Source: the human T2T-CHM13v2.0 reference genome, Homo sapiens. From it: a stretch of DNA of 64,000 bases. The translations under genes were made by a program, and so were the position numbers. Position 1 is the stretch's first letter, and the number at the start of each line of letters is the position of its first letter. Below, piece after piece: positions 34,246 to 55,102 of this stretch. Under the pieces are notes generated by a model. That model was not told the DNA's origin, did no database searches, and was given only the letters and a program-made list of their open reading frames with translations. The stretch lies in assembly GCF_009914755.1 (NCBI RefSeq), contig NC_060925.1. The stretch is one strand, 5' to 3'.

Positions 34246-34632
34246 AAAATGGTTTTTAAAATTTAATTAAGGCTTAGGCTGTTGCTGCTATAGTATTTTG
34301 ATATTTTACATGACTTTGAGGAGTCTGCTTTAAAATACTTTATAAGTTGTATAAAAATAAATTTTGGTATTTGATCTTATCTTTGGAAAAACTATTTATT
34401 TGAAGGATACAGTAAGAAATTTAGCAAGAATTTTGGCTGACCTTAGGAACACATTAACTCGTAACATTTTGCAGCAGTCTGGTCTGTCATCTTCTCTAAA
34501 CATTGAATGTAGTTACATAGAATGCCATAGACTTAGAACAACTAAAGAGAATTGTTAGGAAAAATAGATCAGAAGAAAAATCACCTTTGACAGGAGAAAG
34601 TCAGTGTTATGAATGAGAGAAATTATCCTTAA

Positions 34633-35026
<394 letters not shown>

Positions 35027-35509
35027 ATAATGCAAATCTTTCTAAGATGTTTATGTCTGGTGTCTGGCTCAAGTAGGAATCTCATTAAAATAACTTTTTC
35101 CTTTCATTTTTTTGTCCCCTCAAGAGTCATATTTTAGTTGTATACTGTTTCCAAAGTTGTCCTTTTCCCTAATTTGCTACAGAATTTAACTATAGAGATA
35201 GCAAAAAAACAGAACATTTCTCTTATTTTACTTTACTTGTTATTTTAACTTCTTCTTAAATATTCCAAGCAAGTCTTTTGAGAAAACTCACCTAAACTTT
35301 GAACAAGCCACCAAATTTTTTCATTAAAAAAAGCACACAAAATACCTAAGGAGTTTGAAATGCAAATGGCAATTTGTTCCTTATTATCTTTAAAGTGGTT
35401 CTTTATGCTGAATAAATTAGAGGGCTCAGACATTTGTGCTTTTCTCATCCCCCCCCTTTTTTTTAGCCGCAAATGTGATTTCGAATATGTATTAAAATGA
35501 ATTATTTAT

Positions 35510-35650
35510 TTGTTATTTTAAATTTTTGTATAGAGATGGGGTTTTGCTATGTTTGCCCAAGCTGGTCTCGAACCTCTAGGCTCAAGTGATCCTCTTGCCT
35601 TGGCCTCCCAGTGTGCTGGGATTACTTTTGTGAGCCACCATGCCCAGCCT
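35510..35650 (-). mobile_element. Alu monomer (FLAM-like)
   Basis: Reverse left-arm sequence. Confidence 0.75.
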
Positions 35651-36178
35651 AAATGCATTTATAATAAAACAAAGATGAGAGTGGCCTGTTCAGAGCTATC
35701 CTAGTCGTACCATTTTACCACTGAAAATCCTGCAGCCCGGGAAACCCCTTCCTCTGATACCAAAAAAAATCACGGCAGCTATGATTTGCAGTTCACAATA
35801 ATGGATCATCCACTGATGCAACTTAAGTGTGTTGTAATTGTGAGCAGTAACAGTCTATCATTGACATTGCCCGTTGGATTAACTGTTTTGATTTGTATTG
35901 ACATAGTGTTAGTTTAACCTACCACACTGTGAATACTGTGACTGTATTTTCTGAGAGTTCAGATAATGAAAATGAGAACAGTTATGATATCAACACCAGA
36001 GTGTCCCAGACATCACTGAGAAGGAAAGTTATTATTGTATATGGAAATCTATGTTATTTTATATATATTAGTATATAATGATATGTTATAGACAGAGGGA
36101 AAGACACATAAAATTTAATTAGGGAGATAAAACAGAACATATTGCACAATAGGCAGGAAAGAATTTGGGATTGGGCAT

Positions 36179-36614
36179 TGTTACAGTTTGAATTGTGTCC
36201 CCTCCAAAATTCATAGGTTGAAGTCATAACTCCCAGTACCTTAGAATGTAACCTCAGTTGGAAATAGGGTCATTGTAGATGTAGTTAGTTAAGATGAGTT
36301 TGTATTAAAATATGGTGGGCCCCTAATCCACTATGACTGGTCTCCTTGTGAAAAGGGGAAATTTGGACAGACATGCACACAGGGATAATGCCACGTGGAG
36401 ACTGGAGTTAGGCTGCCACAAGCCAAGGAACTGCAGGAAGCTGGCAGAGAGTCCTAGAACAGATTCTTCCCTAGTTGCCTGCAGAGAGCTCATGACCCTG
36501 TTAAACCCTTGATCTTGGACTTCTAGCTTCCGTAACTGTGAGACAATACATTTCTGTTGCTTAAACCACCCACTTTTTGGTACTTTGTTATGACAGCGCT
36601 AACAAACTAATACA
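36179..36614 (+). mobile_element. MaLR solo LTR, MLT1B/C-like
   Basis: tgttacagtttgaattgtgtcccc...gtactttgttatgacagcgctaacaaactaataca; TSD-like ggcat/ggctt. Confidence 0.8.
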
Positions 36615-37419
36615 GGCTTGGTGAAGGAGATGTGTAAGCACCTAAGGAGACTGTGTCTCTCAAGTCTGGGATAAGACAGGCAAGCACATCTAAATTAATC
36701 TGCACTTCTTCCATCTTGTTTAAATAAAAGCATTTAGTATAACAGAAAACTAGTATAGAATAATAATTTCAAATAAATACCTATTCTTCATATTTGTGTG
36801 TTAAAGTAATAAAACCTGTGCATAATTCTTTCTCCTCCATTGTTATGTCTCTGGACTGGTATGGCTGTGCCCTAGTTGACTCTCTGAAAAGTTGGTCACC
36901 CCCTGTGCATTCAATGCTCCTCTTGCCTGCTGTTGCTGTGTCTTTGGCCATCCCTCCTTCCTTCTTCCTCATCACAAATTCCAGTATTGCTAAGGATAAT
37001 GAATTTGTGATTATAAAAAGTTTTAGATTAACCTTGTTAAAGGTAGTTCTTATAATCTAGCTTAGAATTTTGAATCCCTAAAATAATTTTCACGAATAAA
37101 TACTAAAAATCATCAAATAAAAAGTCCACCTATTATTTTTTTAATGCTTCATATTGTTCTCATTTGGAAGGCAGCATGGTATAGCCAGTAGAAAAATAGT
37201 TTCCAAACTTTTGTTTACATCTAATGTATTGGGGTAGGGAGGACTGTTTTCTTTGGCATGTAATCATAATTCTGATTTAATTGGAAGTGCTGGAGTGACT
37301 CCATTTACTTAGTAGCAATTTTTAAAGTATATTAAGTAAAATTTTTAGAATGTATACTTTTGGTTTTCCTTCCAATGTTTACTAACTCTACTAAACTTTT
37401 CATATTATTTAATTGGTAG

Positions 37420-37912
<493 letters not shown>

Positions 37913-38213
37913 TAGAGTTCATTTGTTTAACGTGACACAACTGCTTGAAGCCTATTTTCATTAAGTGGACACTGTATACATAAGTGAACATAAGTGTATA
38001 ATTTACTGTTTTTTAAAAATACTGTAGAATTCCAAGGATCTTTCTATATTCTCACGAAGAAAATCAGTTTAACAGTAAAAGGTAGAAAACTTCTTGATCT
38101 GTTTTGGTATTGATTGTTATATTATGCTGAGAAGCTATTGGATATTTCTACGGTATTTGGGAATTTTGTTAAGAATGTTATCCTTGACGTTGTGTTTTAT
38201 GTTTATCATTCAG

Positions 38214-38287
38214 AAAAATGGAGTGCTGGCATACATTGGGAATTTTCGCCTGCTTGCAGAGCTTTCCAGCCCGTTTGTGAATCAGCG
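38214..38287 (+). CDS. TLCD4: TLCD4 coding exon 5; KNGVLAYIGNFRLLAELSSPFVNQ(R)
   Basis: cattcAG acceptor; CG|GTATGT donor; 74 nt; ELSSPFVNxR is the conserved TLC ExSxPFxNxR motif; overlaps ORF track 38094..38381. Confidence 0.95.
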
Positions 38288-38785
38288 GTATGTTACTGAT
38301 ATCATTGATTATTTTAAAGTCATGCTGTTTATTTTTAGTTTGGGCAAATCCTTTTCCCGTGATCCTCAAGTTACTATATAAAAGATACGGATCTGTGATA
38401 TGAATTGTTATCACCATCATACAAATGAGGAAAGTGAGTTTTGGAAAGGTTAGAGTAACTTACCCAAGTTTCCCTAGCTAGCAAGTGGTGGTGCTAGCTT
38501 TTAAATCCTGCTCTTTGCAGTACGATGGTGCTTTATGATGCCTGCTTCCAGCTCATTCTTTCACCCTCCACGTTGTACACTGCAAGATGAATGGTATTCA
38601 CTGAATCTTAGATTTGAGTGGGGCTCTTTATGGAAAAGGACAAATATCACTGTGGCTCATTTTGAGTCTAGCTCATATTCCTGACACTAACTTCCTCCTG
38701 TCCCCAAATTCTTATATTGACATTATCTTAGTGCCTCATTGAAATACATAATCTTTTTATTTTTTAAATTTAAAAGGCTACTTTT

Positions 38786-39082
38786 AGCTGGGCTCAGGGG
38801 CTCACGTCTATAAATCCCAGCACTTTGGGAGGTTGAGGCAGGAGGATTGCTTGAGGCCAGGAGTTTGAGACCAGCCTGGGTAACATTGTGAGATCCCATC
38901 CCTACAAAAAAAAAAAAAAAAAAGAAAAAAGAAAATTAGCTGGGCACGATGGTGCTTGCCTGTAGTTCTAGCTGTTTGGGAGGCTAAGGCGGAAGGATTG
39001 CATGAGTCCAAGAGTTTAAGCAGTGTGTCCAGTGAGGTGAGATCCAGCCTGGGCAAAACAGAGAAACCCTGTCTGTAAAAAA
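38786..39082 (+). mobile_element. AluJ-like
   Basis: Forward Alu, degenerate right arm. Confidence 0.85.
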
Positions 39083-39143
39083 TTTATTTTTTTTAAAAGA
39101 CTACTTTTATTTTAAATACATACAATGTAAATAACTAAACTAA

Positions 39144-41360
<2,217 letters not shown>

Positions 41361-41960
41361 TCTACAGTAGCTTCTAACTGACTTCCTAATTCCAGATACA
41401 CCCTCTCTCAGTCCTTTCCTCACAGTGTTACCAGAATCATCTTTCTTACATTCCACTTTCACTACCTTATTTTTTCACTAAAAGCTGCATCCTGTTTACA
41501 CTTCTCTCTCTGACTTCTGAAGTTCTCTGTGATGTGCTCCATATGCCTTCAGCCTCTTTTTTAAAATTATTCATTAGAATCAGTTTTCTATCCTTACTGT
41601 CTTATGTTCCTTTGGGTTTTTCTCATATTTCTTCCTTTATTCATATCCTCTGTTTTCTCCCCATCTTTGAAAAATTTACTTATCCTTTAAGTCTTAGTCA
41701 AAATCTAAAACCCGGGGAAGGCTTCTATGATTATATGTCTTGTTATTTAGTACAGGGATAACACAGTAAGTTGGGAGTATTCCACATCAGAGACACATAA
41801 GTTAGAGCACTTACCCTGAATGAAGCCTCATGAATAATTTCAAAGATACTGGCCATTGGAGGCACAAGCAAAGCAGGAAGATGTTCAGGACAATTGACAG
41901 GGCTCCCTAGTTCTGTGTGCCTAGGGTATACTCTGGAACAAGATTACTTGTGAGGTCTCT

Positions 41961-42019
41961 TTTTAAAAATAATTTTATTTTTTATTAAAATTTTTGTTTA
42001 ACCGCTAGACCACCTGGGA
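41961..42019 (-). pseudogene. Retroposed 5' fragment of tRNA-Glu (21 nt) with A-rich tail and 15-bp TSD
   Basis: Minus strand reads TCCCAGGTGGTCTAGCGGTTA then an ~38-nt A-rich tail; flanks ac(t/c)tgtgaggtctct at 41946-41960 and 42020-42034. Confidence 0.7.
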
Positions 42020-42284
42020 ACCTGTGAGGTCTCTAAGTGATGTATGCAGTTCATATTATTTACATAGAAGGAGCTCTCTTGGTGATAAAACACCTCCAGT
42101 TAATCTTGAGTTACATAGCTTATATGACATTCTCAAGGGGGTCAGATCTCATAAATCCATTAATTCCTGGGTCACTTACCATAAGCAATCCTAGACTAAG
42201 TATGTTCTTCTAAAAGCATCCCATAGATGAAGCCTCTCTTGCTACAAATTTTATTAGTCTCTTTATCAAGAGGTTTGGCATTAG

Positions 42285-42995
<711 letters not shown>

Positions 42996-43494
42996 TAATA
43001 TTCTCCCTGCTTCTCTCTGGGTGACTTCTTTCCTCCCAAGGTGTCAGCTCTTAACTATTTACTCATATTGGTGTAAGGGACTATGCCTTAGTTTTGGAAT
43101 CGGATAAACTCAAGTTGCAATGACCTTGGACAAGTTACTTAATATTCCTGTATTATAGTCATTTTATCTATGAAAAGAACATATTTAATATTACCTATTT
43201 CTTTGTATTATAGTCAAGTGTTTTGTTCTCTTAGGTGGCACGTTGAATCAACATGTGTAAAGTAACACAACATATTTCCCTCTATACTCAGTGCATGGCC
43301 CAGCTGTCCACTTGGTTACTGCTGCTCAACATGGGTGAAGTGTTTTTGACTATTTCTCCCTCACTTTATTTGATCCAGCATTAGGTTCTACCATATCACC
43401 TCCTAATATTTCTCACCTTTACCACCTCTTCTCTGTCTCTACCTTCAGTGCCCTAGTTCACCATCTCTTGCTGGCTACCTTACCAGTTTCTAAC

Positions 43495-43945
43495 TCTGTA
43501 CTGTTTGGTAGGGTAACCACAAGCCACATATGAATATTTACATTTAAATCATTTAAAGGAAATAAAATTAAAAATTCAATTCCTTAGTCTAACTTTTGGC
43601 ATTTCTAGTGCTTTATGGCTCCATGTGGCCATACACGGAACCTACAGCTATGTGTGAGCAACATACCTTTAGTAGAACATTTTTATTATTGTGGAAAGTT
43701 CTTTTGGTCAGTGGGGCTCTAGGCCAGGTTGGCAAACCATGCATGGCTCATGGGCCAGACCCGCTGCCTGTTTTTGTAAACAAAGTTATACTGGAGCACA
43801 GCCATGTTCACTTTTCTGCCATGATTGCTTTAACTCTACCATGGCAGAATTGCATAGTTCTGACAGAGAACAGATGGCCACCAACAGCTACTGCTTTAAT
43901 GTTCACTATTTGGCTCTTTATGGAAATAGTTTTCCAGCCCTTGTC
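43495..43945. mobile_element. hAT MITEs: MER3/MER33-like fragment followed by MER58A-like element (~43724-43945)
   Basis: caggttggcaaac...cctgtttttgtaaacaaagttatactggagcacagcca is characteristic of MER58. Confidence 0.65.
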
Positions 43946-45324
43946 ATAGACCATCTCCTGTCTCCTATCCTGTTCCCCTTTCATCTCTCTTCTATATTAT
44001 TATCTTTCACAATAAAGAAATATATGGCTTTGTAGGAGCCTACAACATAGCTTAAGAAGAAAAAAATATGTAGCTTCCTTGGTTAAAACCTCTCAGTGGC
44101 TCTGGCTGCTTACAGGATAAAATATGAGCTCTTCAGTGTGACACAGAAAGCTCTGCAAGAAGAGCTGTCTTATCTCCTTCTGCCACATGGCCCCTCAAAC
44201 CCTCATCTCACACCAGCTTGTCCATCTACTGGCAATGCCTCCTGTCTTACTTGTTATTTAGAACTCAACCCAGGGATAATTTCCATCACTAAAACCCATC
44301 TCTTTCCAGGCTGAATTGGGTGCCTCTTACATATCCTTTCACAATAGCAACATATGTGTATATTACTATACTTAATGTATTTTATTGCAAAGTTCTCTCT
44401 TTTTTATGTTTCCTATTTATCTTTACATTTCATTAGATCAAGGGCCAAATTTTGTTAAACTTTGCATGGTCCAGTGTCCACACATTATCTGGCATGTAGT
44501 AGCCATTTGATTGCTTTTTGAATGAATGACTCCCAAGAGGTGATAAGTTAAGCTTTAGCTAATTCTGTCTCTTGAATATGATTCTGATTATGAGATTTTG
44601 AAGCAGGATAAAGCTACCTTTGACACTAATAGGCACCTCCATTTGTTTTTGTTTGAAACTCTTTTAGAGAAATTATAAAATTAGAGATAGTTTAATTTTA
44701 TAGTTTTATAATAAAAACTTATACTGTACCTTTATCTAAAAGCTTTGAATCCTTCCTGTTAAGAAAATGAGAACTGGCGTTAGAATATGAATAAGAAATG
44801 GCATCATTGGGCAGTAAGGAGATTGTAACAATATTGAGCACAGCTTCTGTCAGAGTTTCCATAGTTTAGTTGTTTTCTTTTTTAGTTTGAGATATTTTTA
44901 TTTTCTCTCCATTTTAGAGCTTTGTATATAAGAAGGCACATGGCATACATGTGCTGGGGTACAGAGTGAAAAAATACTGAATTAGTTTAGACACCTGGGC
45001 TTCAGTGAAATTTCTGCTGCTGAGTTATGCCCACACGCAGGTTTCTTTTATATAAAGTAATTTAATGGTGCTAATTTCTTTCTTGCCTAAATGCTCTTAA
45101 TTGTTTTTGAGGACATATTTTATGAATTGATATTGAAATTGAATACCTTGTAAAAGCTTTGCACCTGTGTTTCTTAATATGTTCATTCAATATTTATTAA
45201 ATACCTCTTCAGTACCTAAATGTCCCATTCTGTGACTTCAAGGAGCTTTAGATATAGCGTCTGGCTTCATGTCTGTGTTTGAGAAAATAGTACCTAAAAA
45301 TATAAAATACAATTTTTTCTTTTT

Positions 45325-45510
45325 TCTACTAAAAACACAAAAATTAGCTGGGCGTGGTGGCACATGCCTGTAGTCCCAACTACTCGGGATGCTGAGGCAG
45401 TAGAATTACTTGAACCCAGTTGGTGGAGGTTGCAGTGAGCCGAGATCACGCTACTGTACTCCAGCCTGGGTGATAGAGTGAGACTCTGTCTCAGAAAAAA
45501 ACAAAAAATT
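45325..45510 (+). mobile_element. Alu right arm
   Basis: ctactaaaaacacaaaaattagctgggcgtggtgg...gagactctgtctc. Confidence 0.85.
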
Positions 45511-47155
<1,645 letters not shown>

Positions 47156-47949
47156 ATCATTGATTGATACTTGTCACGTAAGGCTTCACAGAGAACGTGG
47201 CATACACTCTTAAAATGTTTTAGGACTTTTTTTTTTAAGAAGTGGATGGAGAGGGAAGGGCCTTCATTCAAGAAGAAAAGAATCAACATAGGATTTTGAA
47301 AAGTGAAATAAACATGCTATGGGAAAGAGAAAGTATAGGATCAAAGAGTATGTCTTAGGGGTAGGGTGGATAGATGTAGAGGATGTTGAGTGTCTGGGAG
47401 AGCTGATTGAACTTGACCCAGTAGACAGTGAGATTATAGTGGAGAAAGACATTCTGGAAAGAGCACTGAGTGGTTATAACTTTTGATATTTGTAGGATAG
47501 ATTGTAACACTGGAGACAAAAGTTTGGGTTAGGTTACCCAGTTCTTAGTTGTGTGAATGGACAGTGTAATTTTATTAGTTCCGAAAGTAAATAAGAGTCC
47601 ATATTAAGCTGTGGGACTAGAGAGATGACAAAATAGAGATTTTGAAGAAATGAAATGAAATTGGCAATGAATGGATAAAAAATTAGAGAATACGGACAAG
47701 TTTAAGACAAATCCTATATTGGACCCAGAGAAATGTGCCCATCAAAAGTGACAGAGAATTAGGAAGACTCAGAGGGAAGGTGACGAATTTAGTGCGGAGA
47801 TATTGGATAAGAGGACAAACAGCATCTGAGTGGAAATTTAGTGAGAGCTCGAGAGAGGAATGTTGGGATGATCAGAATAAGGTGATATTTTAACCTGTGA
47901 GAAAAGATATATTTAGAAGATTAGAGTTAAATGTTTAAGACTGGAAAAT

Positions 47950-48371
<422 letters not shown>

Positions 48372-49414
48372 CTAAAATTCAGTTCTTAAATTCCTAACCT
48401 TCCAGGGTTAATGTTTATTAAATACAAATGTTTACATGCCTGAAGAAATTACATTTGCAACTAAGATGTAAGTAGAGTCAGCTTACAGCCCAGTCCCTTC
48501 ACAGAGTTCCAGAAACAGTACAGCATCCAAATCCTTATTGGAGTTTTTCCAAGGATGTCAACAAAGATCCAGTTTGTTACTCACAACAGCACTTCTTAAA
48601 ATTCTCTTCATTCCTCTTGGACTCACAATATCTTGACCCCACAGCTTTCCTAAGGCTCTCTCAAACTTCTGACTCTCAACTCCTCTAAAACTCAACAAAC
48701 CAGTGCCATCAAGGATCAATTATTTGTCCCTGTCCTCTTTTCTCACTTTTTTTTTTCTGTGCCTGCAAATAGCCCTCCATCCTCTTTCCAAATGTAAATG
48801 TGAATTAGAGCAAATAATTCCTAGTTTTTACACTTTTTCTAGTTTTTACACAATTTTTAGTGAGTACGATACCTCTACACAATTAACTCCCAGTAAACTT
48901 AATGGGAAGGTTCAAGTTCCTTTAGAAGGGTAGGAGGAGGAATAATTGCTAAATGACCAAAGTTAGGATTTTCTCTCTGGAGTGAAGGGAGGATTGTATT
49001 AATAAATACATACAATTTGCTGTCTTTTATGCCTGTCTTAGTAATAACAGTAAATGGTGGGTAAAAGAAAGTGTTGCTGTTCTTCTTTCCTTCCTTCCCA
49101 CATGCATGTTTTCCTCCCTTCCCCTCTTTCCTCTCAGATTCAGTACATACCTTCACAAACTGTTAGTCTTTATTTGCTAGAATGAAAGAATGTTCTAATT
49201 AGGTAAGAAGAGGTGGATTCCAACAAAATAAGTGATCTTTCTGCCATGGAAGAGGGAGGTAAGGAGGACAGTTATGTAAATATTATTTCACCTTGAGTTA
49301 ATATTTGGGTTCTTTCCTTTGAAAGAAACTGGTTTAAAGACCAGGCACTGGTTAGATGGAAAAATTGGCAGAAGCTAACACTATGGTTATGAGGAAGCTA
49401 TGGGTGACCAATTT

Positions 49415-49479
49415 CTTTTTTTTTTTCTTTTTTTTTAAATTATACTTTAAGTTTTAGGGTACATGTGCACATATGTAAC
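49415..49479 (-). mobile_element. Extremely 5'-truncated L1PA insertion
   Basis: Poly-T + attatactttaagttttagggtacatgtgcaca; TSD tgac(c/t)aatttctttt at 49405 and 49480. Confidence 0.75.
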
Positions 49480-49818
49480 TGACTAATTTCTTTTGTAGAG
49501 TTGCAGTCATATCGTCTTGGGTTTGGGAGTGTAGTAAGAATGTCTGTGAATATGTCTGACTCTCCTTTCAAAAAACTGGCAAAGAAGAGAAGCAGTGGAG
49601 GGGAGGTTTTTGGATTAGCAGGAATTGAGCACGTTGGTAAAAGAAGAATCAATTTATAGAAGGGGAACTTGGTAGAACAAGGGAAGGCAGGGTAGTTTAT
49701 TGAATAAATCCTAGAAGATGAGGACTCTCCTCTGAGTTGAAAGGTAAAGGTGCCTGAGAAGAAGTTTTGAGATCTTGGGGTCAGAGTGGAAGGAATTCAT
49801 GGTTGATGGACTCTAATG

Positions 49819-50285
49819 CAGTTGACTCCCGAACAACATGGGTTTGAACTGTATGAGTCCACTGACACATCTATTTTTTTCAATAAAATTTGCACTAAGT
49901 GTGCCTGCCTTTCCTTCCAACTTCGTCACCTCTTCCACCTCTGCCACCTTTGCGACAGCAAGTCCAACTCCTTCTCTTACTCAAGGCTAGTTAACGTGAA
50001 GACGACGAGAATGAAGACCTTTACAAAGATCCACTTTCACTTAATAGTACATATATTTTCTTTTCTTTATGATTTTCTTTTCTCTAGAAAATAACGTTTT
50101 TCTCTAGCTTTATTATAAGAATATAGTATATAATGCAAATAACATAAAATAATGTTAATTGACTTTATGTTATTGGTAAGGCTTCTGGTCAACAATCAGG
50201 TGTTTGGGCAAGTCAGAAGTCAAGCAATTTTCAACTGTGTGGGGAGTCAGCACCCCTCACCCTGGTGTTGCTCAAGAATTAACTG
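49819..50285. mobile_element. Tigger2a-like DNA transposon
   Basis: TIRs cagttgactcccgaacaaca...tgttgctcaagaattaactg followed by TA. Confidence 0.8.
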
Positions 50286-52130
50286 TATATCAGTAAGAAA
50301 CCAGATGCTCTGATGGGATTGAGAGACAAAAGTGAATGAGGAAGGGAATTGACTTGAATGGCAGGACAGGTTTGGAAGCAATTATATGGGAACTATGGAG
50401 TGAAATGAAAGGACTGTCGAGCCAGTTTGAGAATTCTGCTGAAGTTCAAATCTTTTAAAATTATATTTGTGCCATTTATCTTAATAAAGATTGGTGGGTA
50501 ATGATATTTATTGAATTTACAGTATGGGGGAGTTGTTACTCTGTGTCATGGCAGCTTCATAGTACAAAGGAGGTACTATCATTTATCCCCATTTATAGAG
50601 ATAGAACAAACATAGAGGTGAATAGCAGAGAGAGCTAAGACCACACAGTTGCTCCATGGCAGAACCAGGCTTTCAACCCAGGCGGCCTGACTGCAGAGCA
50701 CCCTAGCTACTCTTCACGTCATTCTGTATTGCCTAAGGAAAGCTGGCTTGATGAAACACTGGAGATCAGCAGAGTGGGTGAGATAGATGAAGTGGCAAGA
50801 GAACGGAGGGTGCTGATGTGTGTTCTGAAGTTAACTTGGAGTTTGGATTAGGTAGGAAAGGAAGTGAAAGCGTGGAGGCTGATAGAGAGAGATTTGAGGA
50901 TTTGAAGGTCAAAGAAGTAGTTTAGGTGAGATTGGGTAAAGAGAAATATGGAAGGCTTATGATTAGAGAGGAATGGGTTCACTGAGGTATAATATTTCTT
51001 GAGTAATTCCAAGGCTGCCATGTAGTCAAAGAAATGAATGGCTGAAGGAGAAGGGAAGTCTTTGGAGAAGAGAAGGCTTGAGGATCAGAGACCTGGATTA
51101 GAATGTGGATGTCATTGCTTTAGTGATGTTTTTCCTATTTGCAGTATTATTTCATTAATTTAGCCATTGCTATCTAAATAGTCTTTCTTAATTGTCTTAG
51201 ATAATTTAGCCCTTTTATCCTACATAAACTTATAAAATGTAATACATCTCTCATCCTATATAAATTATTTGATATTTTAATCACTCAATAAAATATTTTC
51301 AAGCTTTTTAACTATTAATTTTTAGTTTCTTATGTTGAACAATTTTAGCTTAATCATGACTAATTCAGTTAAATTGAATATTAAGATACACAGATATGTT
51401 TTACTGCCTTTGCAATTTGATCTCTAAAATGATGTAAAATTAGGCAAGGCAGTTTTTTTAAGGAAGAAAAAGTGGAATAGAGCGAATGTTCACTGACTTT
51501 TTAAAAACCTTTTTATCTTTAGAATAGTTTTACATTTACAGAAAAATCAGAAGGCTGATACAGAGGGTCCCTGTGTACCCCACACCCAGCTTCCCCTATT
51601 GTTAGCGTCATAGATCAGTGGGTGCAGTTGTTAACAATTAGCGAGCCAGTGTTAATATCTTATTGTTAACTAAAGTCCATACTTTGTGTGGATTTCTTTC
51701 GTTTTTGCCCAGTGCCCCTTTTCTGTCTCAGGATCCCTTCCAGAATGCCACACTACATTTAGTTTCATGTCTGCTTAGGCTACTGTTGGCTGTGATCGTT
51801 TCTCAGATGTCCTGTCTCTGGTGACCTTGACGGTTTTGAGGAGTACTGATCAGGTGTTTTGTAGACTGTCCCTCAATTTGGGTTTGTCTGATGTTTTTCT
51901 CATGATTACACTGGGGATATGGGGTTTGGGGAGGAAGACCACCGAGGGACAGTATCATTCTCATCACACATATTAGGACTGCATGCTGTGAACATGACTT
52001 AATCATTGTTGATGTTAAGCTTGTTCACCTGAGGTACTGTTTGTCCGGTTTCTCCATTTTAAAGTTATTCCTTACACCTGCCCTCCCCCTGCCCCTTCCA
52101 TACTGTACACTTTGGAAGGAAGTCACTGTG

Positions 52131-52836
<706 letters not shown>

Positions 52837-54488
52837 CTATACACAGCCCACACTTGAGGACTAGGGGTTTATGCTTTACCTTGTTGAAGGTGTGATTTCT
52901 ACATAAATTATTTGCAGTTATTCGGAACAGATTTGTTTCTTCTCCCCTATTCATTCATTCATTCATTTATATCAGTATTGATTTCTGGATATTTATTTTA
53001 TACTTTAGGTTATAATCCAATACAACATTATTTATTTTGTTGCTCACATTGTGAGTTTTGGACCTGGAGAGCTCATTTGGTTGGTTTCTGTGTTCCTTTG
53101 ACATAAAGAAACGTCATTTTGTTTTTTGAGCACTTTCTTGCTCTCTGGCCCTAAATGATACTCTAACAGGTTCATATTGTATATTGTGTATTCTCTGTTC
53201 CCAGCCCTCAAATCAGGTATTTCTCAAGGAACCCTAGTTTCTTTCATTGGAGAGTGGTATTAGAAGCCAACACGTGGATGCCATGTATGCTCATTGTTAC
53301 TGAGGCATCATTGTTTCTATGGGCTCCTAGCTGACAGAACCTGGAAATATGCTGACCTGTGTGTATACACCTATCTATAATTATTTCTGTATGTATGCAT
53401 TTATAGCTATATCAAGCTAAAATAGTTCACTGTTTCCAAATCTAATCCAGTATCTCATGGAAAAAATCTAGCCGCCTCTTGCTTGTCTGAAACCTTTCTA
53501 TCCAACAATGAGAAACCTGGTTCCCACTATTTTTCATCAAACAAATCCATTTATTTGTTCAGTCCTGATATACATGTATAATGGTTTCAGAATTGTTAAT
53601 TGTTTTTGCGTGAACTAGAGTACATTGCCTGTATACAGTTTCTTTTGCCTTTGTCTTATAGTCTCCATCTTTGAAGTCACTTAGGTCAGCACCTCTTTCT
53701 ACCTTACTCCTTTCAGGGATGTTATATCATGCATTTGTAACAGTTAAGATTCTTTTGTCACTGTTTGCATTGCATCCTGGTATCCCCCAACCTCCTAATT
53801 GATTGTTTAAAATTTTGCATACATCAGGTTCACTTTTTGTGCACTTCTGTGGGTTTTGATAAGTGCATAATGTCATGTATCCACCACTATAGTATTATGC
53901 AGAACAGTTTCACCACCCTAAAATATCCCTTGTTTTACCTACTCAATCCCCTTCCACTCTTTCCGAAACTCTGGTAACCACTATTCTGTTTTCTGTCTTG
54001 ATACTTTTGCTTTTTCTAGAATGTCTATAAATGGAATCATACAGTGTACAGGATTTTCAGACTGATTTCATTTACTTAGCACTTTAGATTCATTCTTGCT
54101 GTTACATTGATAGTTTATTTTTATTGCTAAGTAGTATTCCAATGTATGGATGTACTACAATGTTTGTCCATCTTGATGGCTTGTAGTTGTTGGCAGTTAT
54201 GAATAAAGCTGGTGTAAACACGTATGCAGCTTTTGTGTGGACATACATTTTTTAATCAGTTGGAAAAATACCTAGGAATGTGATTGCTGGTTTGTGTGCT
54301 ATGAATATGTTTAGTTTTATGCCTGCTAAACTGTCTTCTAAAGTGGTTGTACCATTTTGCATTCCTAGCAGCAATGAATGTGTGTTCCTCTTGTTCCACA
54401 CCCTTGCCAGCAATTGTTATTGTCCATTTTTTGGGATTTTAGCTATTTTAATAGGTGTGCATAGTATCTTGTTGCTAAAATTTGCACT

Positions 54489-55102
<614 letters not shown>

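Noticed and set aside
41999-42019. Functional tRNA gene
   Set aside because: Only 21 nt; no anticodon arm, B box or 3' acceptor stem. Reported instead as a retroposed fragment.
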